Shown piece after piece: positions 16,929 to 24,890 of a stretch of DNA of 38,055 bases. The position numbers and the translations under genes were made by a program. Source of the DNA: a virus; the UHGV virus genome UHGV-0022456, one strand, 5' to 3'. The stretch's first letter is position 1. Each line of letters opens with the position of its first letter. The notes beneath the pieces are model-generated. The model made no database searches, was not told the origin of the DNA, and was given only the letters and a program-made list of their open reading frames with translations.

Positions 16929-18091
16929 GGCGTCACCGTGATAGTGATGTCTGCATCAGTAATATTCAGGCGTTGATATGCTGTCAGGCCAATGCGGTCT
17001 GTCCCATTAATCGTTAACGAGTTTATATCGACACCGGCGACAAGGTTGACGGGCGTATAAAGTCGGCTGGCATAAAGCAGCTTGCCAATCGGCCAGGAAT
17101 TAACGAATTTGACCACCTCATCCTTGATAAGCTGCTGCCCATCGGTGGGGAAGTTTGCATCCGTGCTGATGTTGATTGCAATTGTCGCCGTGGTGTTTGT
17201 TGGTCTTACAAACCAGACCATCACCGGTTGTCCATTTGCAGGGTTAACTACCGAAACGCTTTCCCACGTTGCCGCCGGTATGTCTGAAGACGTAGTAAAC
17301 TGGATTCCTGCGGCGCGCGTCTCAAGAATGGCAATCGCTACTTCATTGTCATCGCCACCGTCTACCACCGGCATTATTGAGTGCGGAGGCATTCCGGCGT
17401 CATTAGTTGTGTCGGTGAAGTTCTCCAGCACCGACGCATATGTCACGCCATCCACCTGACTGATTGCAGTGTAAATCCCTTCAGGTGTGCCACTGGCTGC
17501 TGATGATGTCTGAAGCATGCGGAATCGCAGCTGAGCGTCTGTCTCACGCGCACGTCCCAGCGTCCCATCGTTTGGGTTTGTGACCGATACGACACCATAC
17601 ACGCCAGACTCAATAACCGTGATAGTTCCGGCAGCAGGTTTGTAATCGCTGGCCTCAATAGCTTCAGCCAGCACCACTCCTGACCCATTTGGCGCAATGA
17701 TTAGCCGCTGAGTGGTGGCGAACTTTTTGGTACGGTCCAGCGATGAAGAAACAATGGTGCCATCAGGAACATCTGCCCCATTCAGGTCTGCGTTAAATTG
17801 CAGCGTTACCTGGCTGTAGATGCGTGGCAGGCGACGCTTGTTCATCAATGGCGCAAGATTTGATAGCTGCGCACCGATGGCAGTGAACGGGCTGAATGAG
17901 TTAAGGATATACTCAGCCTTTGCGTTCAGGTTGTCATGGATTGCTGACTGGATGGAGATGATGCGCCCTGCAACTCGCGGAGTGCTGGTGTCCATGTCAG
18001 GGAATGAGTCATTCCAGCGCTTGGCGTTTTCCTCGCGCACATCCTGATACCTGTCTCGCTGGAAGCCAGTTTCATCAATAGTCGTTGCCAT
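16925..18091 (-). CDS. Baseplate J-like protein
   Basis: 388 aa; size and position in baseplate block. Confidence 0.5.
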   Translation of the reverse strand: MATTIDETGFQRDRYQDVREENAKRWNDSFPDMDTSTPRVAGRIISIQSAIHDNLNAKAEYILNSFSPFTAIGAQLSNLAPLMNKRRLPRIYSQVTLQFNADLNGADVPDGTIVSSSLDRTKKFATTQRLIIAPNGSGVVLAEAIEASDYKPAAGTITVIESGVYGVVSVTNPNDGTLGRARETDAQLRFRMLQTSSAASGTPEGIYTAISQVDGVTYASVLENFTDTTNDAGMPPHSIMPVVDGGDDNEVAIAILETRAAGIQFTTSSDIPAATWESVSVVNPANGQPVMVWFVRPTNTTATIAINISTDANFPTDGQQLIKDEVVKFVNSWPIGKLLYASRLYTPVNLVAGVDINSLTINGTDRIGLTAYQRLNITDADITITVTP

Positions 18092-18120
18092 GCATCCCCC
18101 GATAATTTTTGTTCATTATA

Positions 18121-18480
18121 TCACGTCCCTATTGATGAGCCGAAAATCTCACCGTTATCGGTGACGCCTTCAAATTCACAGGTGGCAATAGCTGAATCAG
18201 TATCAACTGCAACCTCGACCCTGGTAAGCTCAATGGCCCCAGGGGTGCTCATAATCACATCCCGAATGATCTGCTTCTTGGCAGCAATGCTAACCTGTGG
18301 GCTTACCATATCGGTCAACCACGGCATTCCTATTCTGTTGTCGTCGAACACCTCACCCTGGATAAGCTGAAGTGAAAATTTGCTGTCCTGGGACGTCATG
18401 GCGGCATTTTCAACGATGCCAATATCATCGGTGATGACCAGGTCCCATGAATTGCTATCAAGTAATAAATCGCTTCTCAT
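18121..18480 (-). CDS. Small baseplate protein (gpW/gp25-like by position)
   Basis: 119 aa between spike-like and J-like genes. Confidence 0.4.
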   Translation of the reverse strand: MRSDLLLDSNSWDLVITDDIGIVENAAMTSQDSKFSLQLIQGEVFDDNRIGMPWLTDMVSPQVSIAAKKQIIRDVIMSTPGAIELTRVEVAVDTDSAIATCEFEGVTDNGEIFGSSIGT

Positions 18481-19175
18481 GAAGTCGGTCCTCCTGATGT
18501 TCCGCCTCCGGTCTCTACGCCGGTATGTTTATGCGTGTCGAACGGAATGCCGTTAATCGTCGCGCCATTTGGCATGGTGACAGGTACGCCGAAGTTTACA
18601 CCTGAAGCCGTTGCAGTCATGGTGTTAGTCCCGCCAACAGACAGTGAGTAATTAGATGCCGTCATGGTGTGGGTAGAATCACCAACCTTTGCCGTGATGG
18701 ATGACGCATTTACATGCAGGCTTACAGAGCCATCAAGCGATCGAACATCAATGCCATCCTGCACCCCGCCCACAGCATCAGGAAACGCATTCAGGCCGAA
18801 GTAGGCCACGGCATCATTCATGTTATGGTGCTGGGTGCTTTTCGGGTCAACGATGCCGCCGGTTAGCTTCCATTTAGAGATGTTGCGGTCGCTTATCAGC
18901 AGCATACAGACATCACCAGGGGAAGGATTATGGGTTATGACGAACCCACCAGCCTGATAGAATCCTACCGGCACATCTTTTATCGGCGGGATGTTGCTGA
19001 CATTGCCGTCAATGTTGGTCTGCAGTAACGGCTGTACGGTGACGCAGTTTCGCCCCGCATCAAATGAAACGCATTCTGCGAGCATCATTGTACGCAGGGT
19101 TAGCGCGTTCTGATCCATTGAGTACAGGAGAGATTCGTCGCTCTCCATCTCGTGCATTGAGGTATCAAGTAGCAT
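18477..19175 (-). CDS. Baseplate spike-like protein (gpV-like by position)
   Basis: 232 aa; Gly-rich C-terminus GVETGGGTSGGPTS. Confidence 0.4.
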   Translation of the reverse strand: MLLDTSMHEMESDESLLYSMDQNALTLRTMMLAECVSFDAGRNCVTVQPLLQTNIDGNVSNIPPIKDVPVGFYQAGGFVITHNPSPGDVCMLLISDRNISKWKLTGGIVDPKSTQHHNMNDAVAYFGLNAFPDAVGGVQDGIDVRSLDGSVSLHVNASSITAKVGDSTHTMTASNYSLSVGGTNTMTATASGVNFGVPVTMPNGATINGIPFDTHKHTGVETGGGTSGGPTS

Positions 19176-20115
19176 CTGGTAACTCTATCGTTTCAAGCCT
19201 GCATTCAAATGGGCCGCCAGCGTTATTACCAACGAATTGCACTGACTGGCAGATATAAAATCCATTATAATCTTTGCCGCGCTCTACAGGGTAAGTCTTT
19301 TCCTTTTGCACCTGCTGAGTCTTTCCACTCTTTTTATCTTTCTTTACCTGCGTGCCATCCATCACGCCAGTGCCACCGGAATCAACGGTCCACGATGAAG
19401 ATTCAAGTTTCACCACCTTGCCCGGCCTCAAATCGGGGTGAAGCTGACAACGTATATTTACACCCTTCTCCGACACCGAAGGTGCTTCCAGTAGGCCGGA
19501 TGATGAATCCAGTACGATAGCCTCGCCATCAATCGGCTTAGTAATTGGTGTAACCTGTAATTCGTTATCCTGAATAGACCACTCCCCACCGGCATTCCTG
19601 ACAACCTGGTCAAGTGCTAGCTGCGACTTACCATGCAGGGTGATTGAACCATCAAGTAACCCTTTGAGGATATTGGCTGACTCTTTCAGGGCAATACCCA
19701 TATCACGCGCCGTCTGCTCAACTATAGTCCTGATTGGCGTTCCTGCTGCGTAGTTCCTGCTGGTAATAGACTGGCTGAATGAGCGGAAGCCATCCCCGGC
19801 TTTAATCTCGGTCTTCCAGTCAACATCCTCTTTCACCGTCGAAACGAATACGACATCACCCACGAAGATGAGCTTGTTATCGCCATTGTAACCCGCGTAC
19901 AGCCGAACGGATTTGGCATCACGCTCAATGCGCCTGCGGTCTGTTTCCGCCAGGTTATAAATCGCAATGACTCCCTGATTTGGCGTCTTGCTGCGACTCA
20001 TCTTTATATCGAAATCAACCTGCAACATGCGTCCGGCGTCATTCTTCTGGTCGTAAACGACAGCCTCGTTTTCGTAGATGACCTCTAGATATGCCTCGCC
20101 CTTGAAATACCTCAT
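19165..20115 (-). CDS. Baseplate hub / gpD-like tail protein
   Basis: 316 aa; position downstream of tape measure block. Confidence 0.4.
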   Translation of the reverse strand: MRYFKGEAYLEVIYENEAVVYDQKNDAGRMLQVDFDIKMSRSKTPNQGVIAIYNLAETDRRRIERDAKSVRLYAGYNGDNKLIFVGDVVFVSTVKEDVDWKTEIKAGDGFRSFSQSITSRNYAAGTPIRTIVEQTARDMGIALKESANILKGLLDGSITLHGKSQLALDQVVRNAGGEWSIQDNELQVTPITKPIDGEAIVLDSSSGLLEAPSVSEKGVNIRCQLHPDLRPGKVVKLESSSWTVDSGGTGVMDGTQVKKDKKSGKTQQVQKEKTYPVERGKDYNGFYICQSVQFVGNNAGGPFECRLETIELPDAT

Positions 20116-20501
20116 CGCGCGTACCCAATATCATGAACAAATTCATCGTAGTTGACTTTTGGCACGTACAGCAGCAGATGATCAACGCCGAACGACTCAA
20201 ACGTTAACTCCTTTTGCTCTGGCGTTACCGGGACGAGAAACATGCCACCAAGCGATGCCTGAGCGTGAGGCTCAAGAATGTCGCACCCGCCTGTGATGAC
20301 GATGCCGTAAGCCTCAAATTCATCGTTTGAGATGTCCATATTCCAGCAGCCTTCCGGAACCCAACCATCATCAGCGGCGAGAGCTGAAAGGCTTTCATCG
20401 AAATCAGACCAGTACAGGCGAATGGTTGTCGGCTTTCCGTCCAGGTCCATGCGCATAGTCTGGTCCGGGTACTGCTCAATTGGGATAAGGATATTGTCCA
20501 T
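20112..20501 (-). CDS. Hypothetical tail protein (129 aa)
   Basis: Overlapping reading frames within tail operon. Confidence 0.35.
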   Translation of the reverse strand: MDNILIPIEQYPDQTMRMDLDGKPTTIRLYWSDFDESLSALAADDGWVPEGCWNMDISNDEFEAYGIVITGGCDILEPHAQASLGGMFLVPVTPEQKELTFESFGVDHLLLYVPKVNYDEFVHDIGYAR

Positions 20502-21190
20502 CAGTTAAGCCACCCATTAATTTTTTTGGCGCCCCACTCTCCGGATTGCAGAAGCCATGATTTCGACTTCTCTGGCGTAGCAGCGCCGACCTTCTTCCCA
20601 GCTGCGTTAATCTGGCCTGCGGTATTCGATTTCTTGCCAACATCCTTTTTCGGAGCCATTTTCTTCGACCCGCCGTTTTTGTTGTCGCTCATTGCGCTGG
20701 CAGGAACCTGCGTGGTTCGTGCTGAGATGATATTGATGCCGGTTAGCGTGGCAGTGAAGAAAAGCGCATCACTGGTCGTCAGGTCACGATTAACGGTGAT
20801 AGGCCCGTCGAAGAACATGTTTTTGTAAGTGCCGAGCGATGTCACCAGTGTAAACGGCTCGCGCATCTTGCGAATCTCATGCAGCTTGGCGAGCTTGTCT
20901 TCCCATGTGCTCATGGTGGACGGGGTAAACCCGTCATCCAGCGCTGACTGAACAAGTTCAATTCCCTTATTCAGTAGTGACTGGTCAGTGAAAATTCCCT
21001 GAATGGTCACACTGTCAGGCTCAATCAGGATATTATCTGAGATTGTCGCCCCGTCCTGCACTGGTTTACGGGTGATGGTGTGGTTAAACGTATGCGTTTC
21101 AACCTGAGTCACATCAATCGGGATGACTGAAATCTGGTTGTAGTCGCTGCCAAACAGCTTGCGCAGTACGCCTGGTTCGAAGATAAGCAT
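20501..21190 (-). CDS. Hypothetical tail protein (229 aa)
   Basis: Immediately downstream of tape measure gene; Lys/Gly-rich C-terminus. Confidence 0.35.
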   Translation of the reverse strand: MLIFEPGVLRKLFGSDYNQISVIPIDVTQVETHTFNHTITRKPVQDGATISDNILIEPDSVTIQGIFTDQSLLNKGIELVQSALDDGFTPSTMSTWEDKLAKLHEIRKMREPFTLVTSLGTYKNMFFDGPITVNRDLTTSDALFFTATLTGINIISARTTQVPASAMSDNKNGGSKKMAPKKDVGKKSNTAGQINAAGKKVGAATPEKSKSWLLQSGEWGAKKINGWLN

Positions 21191-22794
21191 CAGTATTTAA
21201 CCCCCGTATCAGTCCCCTTCGTTCTTAAGGCGTTGTCTCTTCGTAGCTCCTGCCGTATAGCCTGCGCGGTTGCCACCGGATTTTCAGCGCCATTGACAAT
21301 AATCTCGCCAACTGTAGTGTTCCCGCTGTTGGTGGTAATAACATTTCCCCGACCAGCATTAGCCTGAGCCATGCCCTGCGCCATTGTCGGAGGGGCGGTT
21401 ACGGTTATGCGTGGAGGAACAAGAACCTGCGGCGCAGTAATGCCATGACCAGGAATTTCAGGTTGCCTGTTTTCACCTTTTACTATTTCTGCGTAACCCG
21501 GGATGCGCTCATGACCTGGAATGTCATGCTGTAGATTACTTTGCGTTTTGGGATTCCTGTTTGGGTTGTACGACCCGCCAGAAGCAAACGTCATAAGTTT
21601 CTGCGCCCATTCAGGCATGGCGTTGTAAATGGCTTTGTCTATCCTTCCCAGTGCATCGATGATGTAATTTACAAGCCCGTCCCATATTCCCCTGATGCTG
21701 GTGTCCATTCCTTTAAAACTTTCAATGATGCGACCTGTAACCGAGTCGCCACCAGTGAAGTAGGTATATACATCCTGAATGGCAAGAATGAGCGCGCCAA
21801 TTGCAAGCCCTACCAGTGCAGGGCCAGCAGCCGCAGCCGCCCACGCCAGCAGAGCGCCAACCCGCATTGTGGCAAACGCTGTTGTTAGCGCATTGGTTAG
21901 CGCGATTAGTTTGGCCCATGACGCTATTGCGGCAGATCCGATCAGGTAAGGCATGGCAATAGCTGCGGCTATGCCCAGGTATTTGATGGAGGCAATGAGT
22001 CCATTAATAGCAGCGGTAAGGCCGTTAACTATCTCATCGCCGTGAAGGTCGAAAAACTCCTTCATCTGGCGAGTTATTCGCGTGAATATCGGCAGCAGGT
22101 TGGAGGCGACGATATTCCACAGGCCTTTAATGCGAGCCTGCAGGGAATCCATCTCGCGGGTATATTCCCGCGCCATGTCGAGATTCTCCTGGCTAATTAC
22201 CAGCCCGGACTCTCTCGCCTGCTTCTGAAGTTCCGCGATTTTTTCGGATGTCTGCGCGAAAAATTCACCGCCAACATCTGCAAGCCCACCGCCGAAAAGG
22301 GCATCAGCAAGGAATTGCCGTTTGCCCTGCTCTTTAACCTCGCTCAGCTTATTCCTGACAAGCCTAAAAAGCCCTTCGATATTGTTTCCGTACTGTTTAA
22401 CCTGGGCCTGCGTGATGCCGATTTCGCCAAACGCATCCGCATTAGCCTTCCCGTCCAGCGCAAACTCGCCAGCCCGCATCGACAACTCTTTCATGCCGTC
22501 TGCAAGCTGGTCTTGTTCAATACCAAATGATTTTGCGGCGAATGCCGTGGCCTGAAACGCCTCAGCATTGACGTTCAGGCGCTTGGTTAGCTGGTCAATC
22601 TCTGTTGCGGTATTGGCGAAGTCGTTAACCATCGCATAAGCCGCACCGGTGACCGCTGTAGCCGCCGATGCTGCAATGGTGATAAGGCCAGCCATGACCT
22701 TAGTAACGTCCTTAACGGACTGCTCAGCTTCGTTAAATGAGGCATCATCAACATCGAGGCCGATGTAACCCAAAAGCTCAGTAACAAATGCCAT
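21190..22794 (-). CDS. Tail tape measure protein
   Basis: 534 aa; helical N-terminal half, central hydrophobic Ala/Gly/Leu-rich segments; directly follows chaperone frameshift. Confidence 0.7.
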   Translation of the reverse strand: MAFVTELLGYIGLDVDDASFNEAEQSVKDVTKVMAGLITIAASAATAVTGAAYAMVNDFANTATEIDQLTKRLNVNAEAFQATAFAAKSFGIEQDQLADGMKELSMRAGEFALDGKANADAFGEIGITQAQVKQYGNNIEGLFRLVRNKLSEVKEQGKRQFLADALFGGGLADVGGEFFAQTSEKIAELQKQARESGLVISQENLDMAREYTREMDSLQARIKGLWNIVASNLLPIFTRITRQMKEFFDLHGDEIVNGLTAAINGLIASIKYLGIAAAIAMPYLIGSAAIASWAKLIALTNALTTAFATMRVGALLAWAAAAAGPALVGLAIGALILAIQDVYTYFTGGDSVTGRIIESFKGMDTSIRGIWDGLVNYIIDALGRIDKAIYNAMPEWAQKLMTFASGGSYNPNRNPKTQSNLQHDIPGHERIPGYAEIVKGENRQPEIPGHGITAPQVLVPPRITVTAPPTMAQGMAQANAGRGNVITTNSGNTTVGEIIVNGAENPVATAQAIRQELRRDNALRTKGTDTGVKY

Positions 22795-23060
22795 TAGTCG
22801 GCCTCATAAAGTGACTCGTTGATTCTGCGGTTAATCTCAGCCTCGACGTGAAGTGATTCACAGCAGTCCAGGAACATATGGTACGACCATTTATTCAGCA
22901 CGTCATCCGGGCTGGAGTAATATGCTTTTGCTACGCGCATCACTGCCGCCATCTCATCAGAGTATGACGGCTGGATGTCACGCGTGTAAATCAGCTTTCC
23001 GCCGACACGGAGTTCTCCGCCATCTTGCGTTGAAACATAGCGGTCGCCTTCCCCAAAAAA
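22794..23060 (-). CDS. -1 frame extension of tail assembly chaperone (G-T type fusion)
   Basis: -1 frame open for 88 codons from slippery heptamer T_TTT_TTG (plus 23054-23060) to TAA overlapping tape measure ATG (TAATG). Confidence 0.55.
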   Translation of the reverse strand, partial: FFGEGDRYVSTQDGGELRVGGKLIYTRDIQPSYSDEMAAVMRVAKAYYSSPDDVLNKWSYHMFLDCCESLHVEAEINRRINESLYEAD

Positions 23061-23335
23061 CTCGGGTACATCTCCTTAACGTAAGCAAAGAAAACGGTAT
23101 CGGCGAGGTCAATCTGGCCTTCGAAGAACTTGTCGAAATCAAGCGGCTGATTATCGACTTCCGCACCGTTCAGCATGGATTTCAGCAGGTCGTATTGCTC
23201 ATCACCTTGCAGCTTGCCCTGATAGGTCAGCGCCGCGATGTTCATGAGCTTGGCCTGGATGCGAAAGCCTTCGCGGGTGGTTGGCATGACTACGCTGAAA
23301 GTGTGTTCGCCTGCTTTGATGTCTTTGAGTTGCAT
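22991..23335 (-). CDS. Tail assembly chaperone (zero-frame product)
   Basis: 114 aa immediately upstream of tape measure; GGAG SD; contains slippery site at codons 92-94. Confidence 0.6.
   Translation of the reverse strand: MQLKDIKAGEHTFSVVMPTTREGFRIQAKLMNIAALTYQGKLQGDEQYDLLKSMLNGAEVDNQPLDFDKFFEGQIDLADTVFFAYVKEMYPSFLGKATAMFQRKMAENSVSAES
23054..23060 (-). other. Programmed -1 ribosomal frameshift slippery heptamer TTTTTTG
   Basis: X_XXY_YYZ = T_TTT_TTG in zero frame (AGT TTT TTG); downstream -1 frame open to tape measure start. Confidence 0.55.
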
Positions 23336-23362
23336 GATTGGTCTCCGTGTTTGGTTGACATA

Positions 23363-23368
23363 ATTATA
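23363..23368 (-). promoter_or_regulatory. Consensus -10 TATAAT (minus strand) upstream of chaperone gene
   Basis: Minus strand GTTATAATTATGTC, then ACGGAGA SD and ATG 23335; -35 weak (TTTTCA) and overlaps terminator T-run. Confidence 0.4.
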
Positions 23369-23387
23369 ACACGGAGGGAGTGGAATG

Positions 23388-23407
23388 AAAAAAGCCCCGT
23401 GAGGGGC
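23388..23407 (-). terminator. Rho-independent terminator closing the moron cassette
   Basis: Minus strand GCCCC-TCAC-GGGGC followed by TTTTTT immediately after DUF551-like stop. Confidence 0.65.
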
Positions 23408-23608
23408 CTATTCTGTTGGTGGTGCTGGCGTATCAAACCACATTGCAACTTCACCTACATACTGATGCTTTGTTTGATGGTAACTAGCCAGTAACCACGA
23501 GCCTTGGTGGTTTAATCTACCAATCCACTGCCTACCATCAGAAAGAAGAACGGGTACGTCTCTGTATTTTTCCGGCAACCGATCACTGCATTTAATCCAT
23601 TCGCTCAT
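23408..23608 (-). CDS. DUF551-like small phage protein
   Basis: Track ORF 23408-23611; MSEWIKCSDRLPE...VPVLL...WIGR N-terminus characteristic of DUF551. Confidence 0.5.
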   Translation of the reverse strand: MSEWIKCSDRLPEKYRDVPVLLSDGRQWIGRLNHQGSWLLASYHQTKHQYVGEVAMWFDTPAPPTE

Positions 23609-23611
23609 CAC

Positions 23612-23740
23612 TCAATCCTCATCTTCATAATCAGAAAAACACTTAGCAGAAAGGTTATCCCCATCGCAAAGCGTTGCTTTTCCGTACATCTCAAATATCC
23701 ATTTTGCAAAATCCAGCGTAACTTTGTCATATGCTGTCAT
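23612..23740 (-). CDS. Small acidic ORF (42 aa), not in ORF track
   Basis: ATG overlaps stop of upstream TM2-like gene (ATGA); MTAYDKVTLDFAKWIFEMYGKATLCDGDNLSAKCFSDYEDED. Confidence 0.3.
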   Translation of the reverse strand: MTAYDKVTLDFAKWIFEMYGKATLCDGDNLSAKCFSDYEDED

Positions 23741-24036
23741 TTCTTCACCCCATATTTCCGGTTGATTTCCTGCTCACTGGTACATAGCAGGATAATGAAC
23801 TCGATAAACGCCACGAAAAAGTTAATACCAGTCCAGCAGAACAGAATGTACATTACGCCTGAAAACGGGCGCCCCAAGTAGAAGCGGTGGATGCCAATGA
23901 ATCCGAAGAAGAAGCACAGCAGCACGGCGGTAACTTTGCTCTTTGTGTAAACCTGTTGCTTAGAGCCACAGTTAGGGCAGCTGGTGGCTGATTCGTGGAT
24001 TTGCGCTCCGCAGGCGCGGCAGTAGATGTTGCTCAT
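23737..24036 (-). CDS. Zinc-ribbon / TM2-domain-like membrane protein
   Basis: Track ORF 23737-24060 trimmed to ATG 24036 with AAGGAGAG SD; CRACG...CPNCG zinc ribbon then two hydrophobic helices with GIHRFYLGRP. Confidence 0.55.
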   Translation of the reverse strand: MSNIYCRACGAQIHESATSCPNCGSKQQVYTKSKVTAVLLCFFFGFIGIHRFYLGRPFSGVMYILFCWTGINFFVAFIEFIILLCTSEQEINRKYGVKK

Positions 24037-24046
24037 TTCTCTCTCC

Positions 24047-24214
24047 TTATCGCGCAGCAATCATTGCTTGCCAGATGAACACGACGGCATCCTGCAATTG
24101 CTCGTCATCTAATCCATCCTCCAATCCCGGAACGTCCTCCAGTAACTGCTTAATGCCAGCTTGAATTTGTTCATCTGTTGGCTGGAGTGCCACTTCAAAT
24201 TTAGGTAATGACAT
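24047..24214 (-). CDS. Small acidic protein (55 aa), not in ORF track
   Basis: ATG at 24214 with GAGAGGAAA SD; MSLPKFEVALQPTDEQIQAGIKQLLEDVPGLEDGLDDEQLQDAVVFIWQAMIAAR. Confidence 0.4.
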   Translation of the reverse strand: MSLPKFEVALQPTDEQIQAGIKQLLEDVPGLEDGLDDEQLQDAVVFIWQAMIAAR

Positions 24215-24407
24215 TTCAATTTCCTCTCTGTGGTGTTATTGGTGGGGTGGCGTGCTTCGTCGGTAGCCTCGGTTCAGTAACCGCACTAGCGTTCTCCGTT
24301 TCCGGTAGTGTGTGCGTTCTGGCCTCACGGTTGGGAATCCTGACACTACGATCAAGCCCCTGCGTTGCTCCTCTCCTGCTGCATCCTGCCGCCTCCCTAT
24401 GTGTTGA

Positions 24408-24435
24408 ACTATACACTCTATTTATATTGTGTCAA
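24408..24435 (-). promoter_or_regulatory. Strong sigma70-like promoter driving the moron cassette
   Basis: Minus strand -35 TTGACA (plus 24430-24435) inside GGTTGACAC, 16-nt spacer, -10 TATAGT (plus 24408-24413); leader of about 186 nt to ATG 24214. Confidence 0.55.
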
Positions 24436-24446
24436 CCATTAGGCGC

Positions 24447-24469
24447 GTAAAAAAGGGGCCGAAGCCCCT
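24447..24469 (-). terminator. Rho-independent terminator after tail tube gene
   Basis: Minus strand AGGGGC-TTCG-GCCCCT followed by TTTTTT. Confidence 0.65.
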
Positions 24470-24474
24470 ATTAA

Positions 24475-24888
24475 TTAATCCAGTGCTTGCCCGGTATGGA
24501 TAATGTAACCCTTAACGAACTTAAATGTGTACTGGACAATGGTCAATTCCTGGGTCTTCACTAGCGCAGGAGGTCGTGCCAGCATGGCCTCTTTCGCACC
24601 AGCAACTTCGCCTGTGCTGTTTCTGTCCAGTAAAAGCAATGGCAGCGGTTTGCCAGCCTCATACAATGCCTGCCATGCGGCTTTTGTTGGGCTTACGTCC
24701 TGCAGAGAAACGACGCACGTCCCAGATTCATCCAGCGAGCGAATGAACGCACCGCCAGACTTAATGGAAGGATAAGTATTCCAGATATCATTGTTAAATG
24801 TGAAATTGAACATTTCACCATTAGCAACTGCGCGAGCTGCAACCCCACCCCAGGAAAGGGTAACTTTATTCGGATCGTAAATTGGCAC
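24475..24888 (-). CDS. Tail tube protein (by position)
   Basis: 137 aa immediately downstream of sheath-sized gene. Confidence 0.5.
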   Translation of the reverse strand: MPIYDPNKVTLSWGGVAARAVANGEMFNFTFNNDIWNTYPSIKSGGAFIRSLDESGTCVVSLQDVSPTKAAWQALYEAGKPLPLLLLDRNSTGEVAGAKEAMLARPPALVKTQELTIVQYTFKFVKGYIIHTGQALD

Positions 24889-24890
24889 GA

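Noticed and set aside
23385-23402. 5-codon + strand ORF (MKKAP) downstream of the GGTTGACAT copy at 23353
   Set aside because: Too short and it runs into the terminator hairpin; the motif here more likely relates to the minus-strand chaperone promoter.
22853-23494. 213-aa + strand ORF spanning the chaperone/tape-measure junction
   Set aside because: Antisense to the chaperone and its -1 frameshift extension; no SD; the minus-strand reading explains the region fully.
24216-24416. 66-aa minus-strand ORF in the moron leader
   Set aside because: GTG start overlaps the promoter -10, no SD, Arg/Thr/Pro-rich low-complexity product; treated as untranslated leader.
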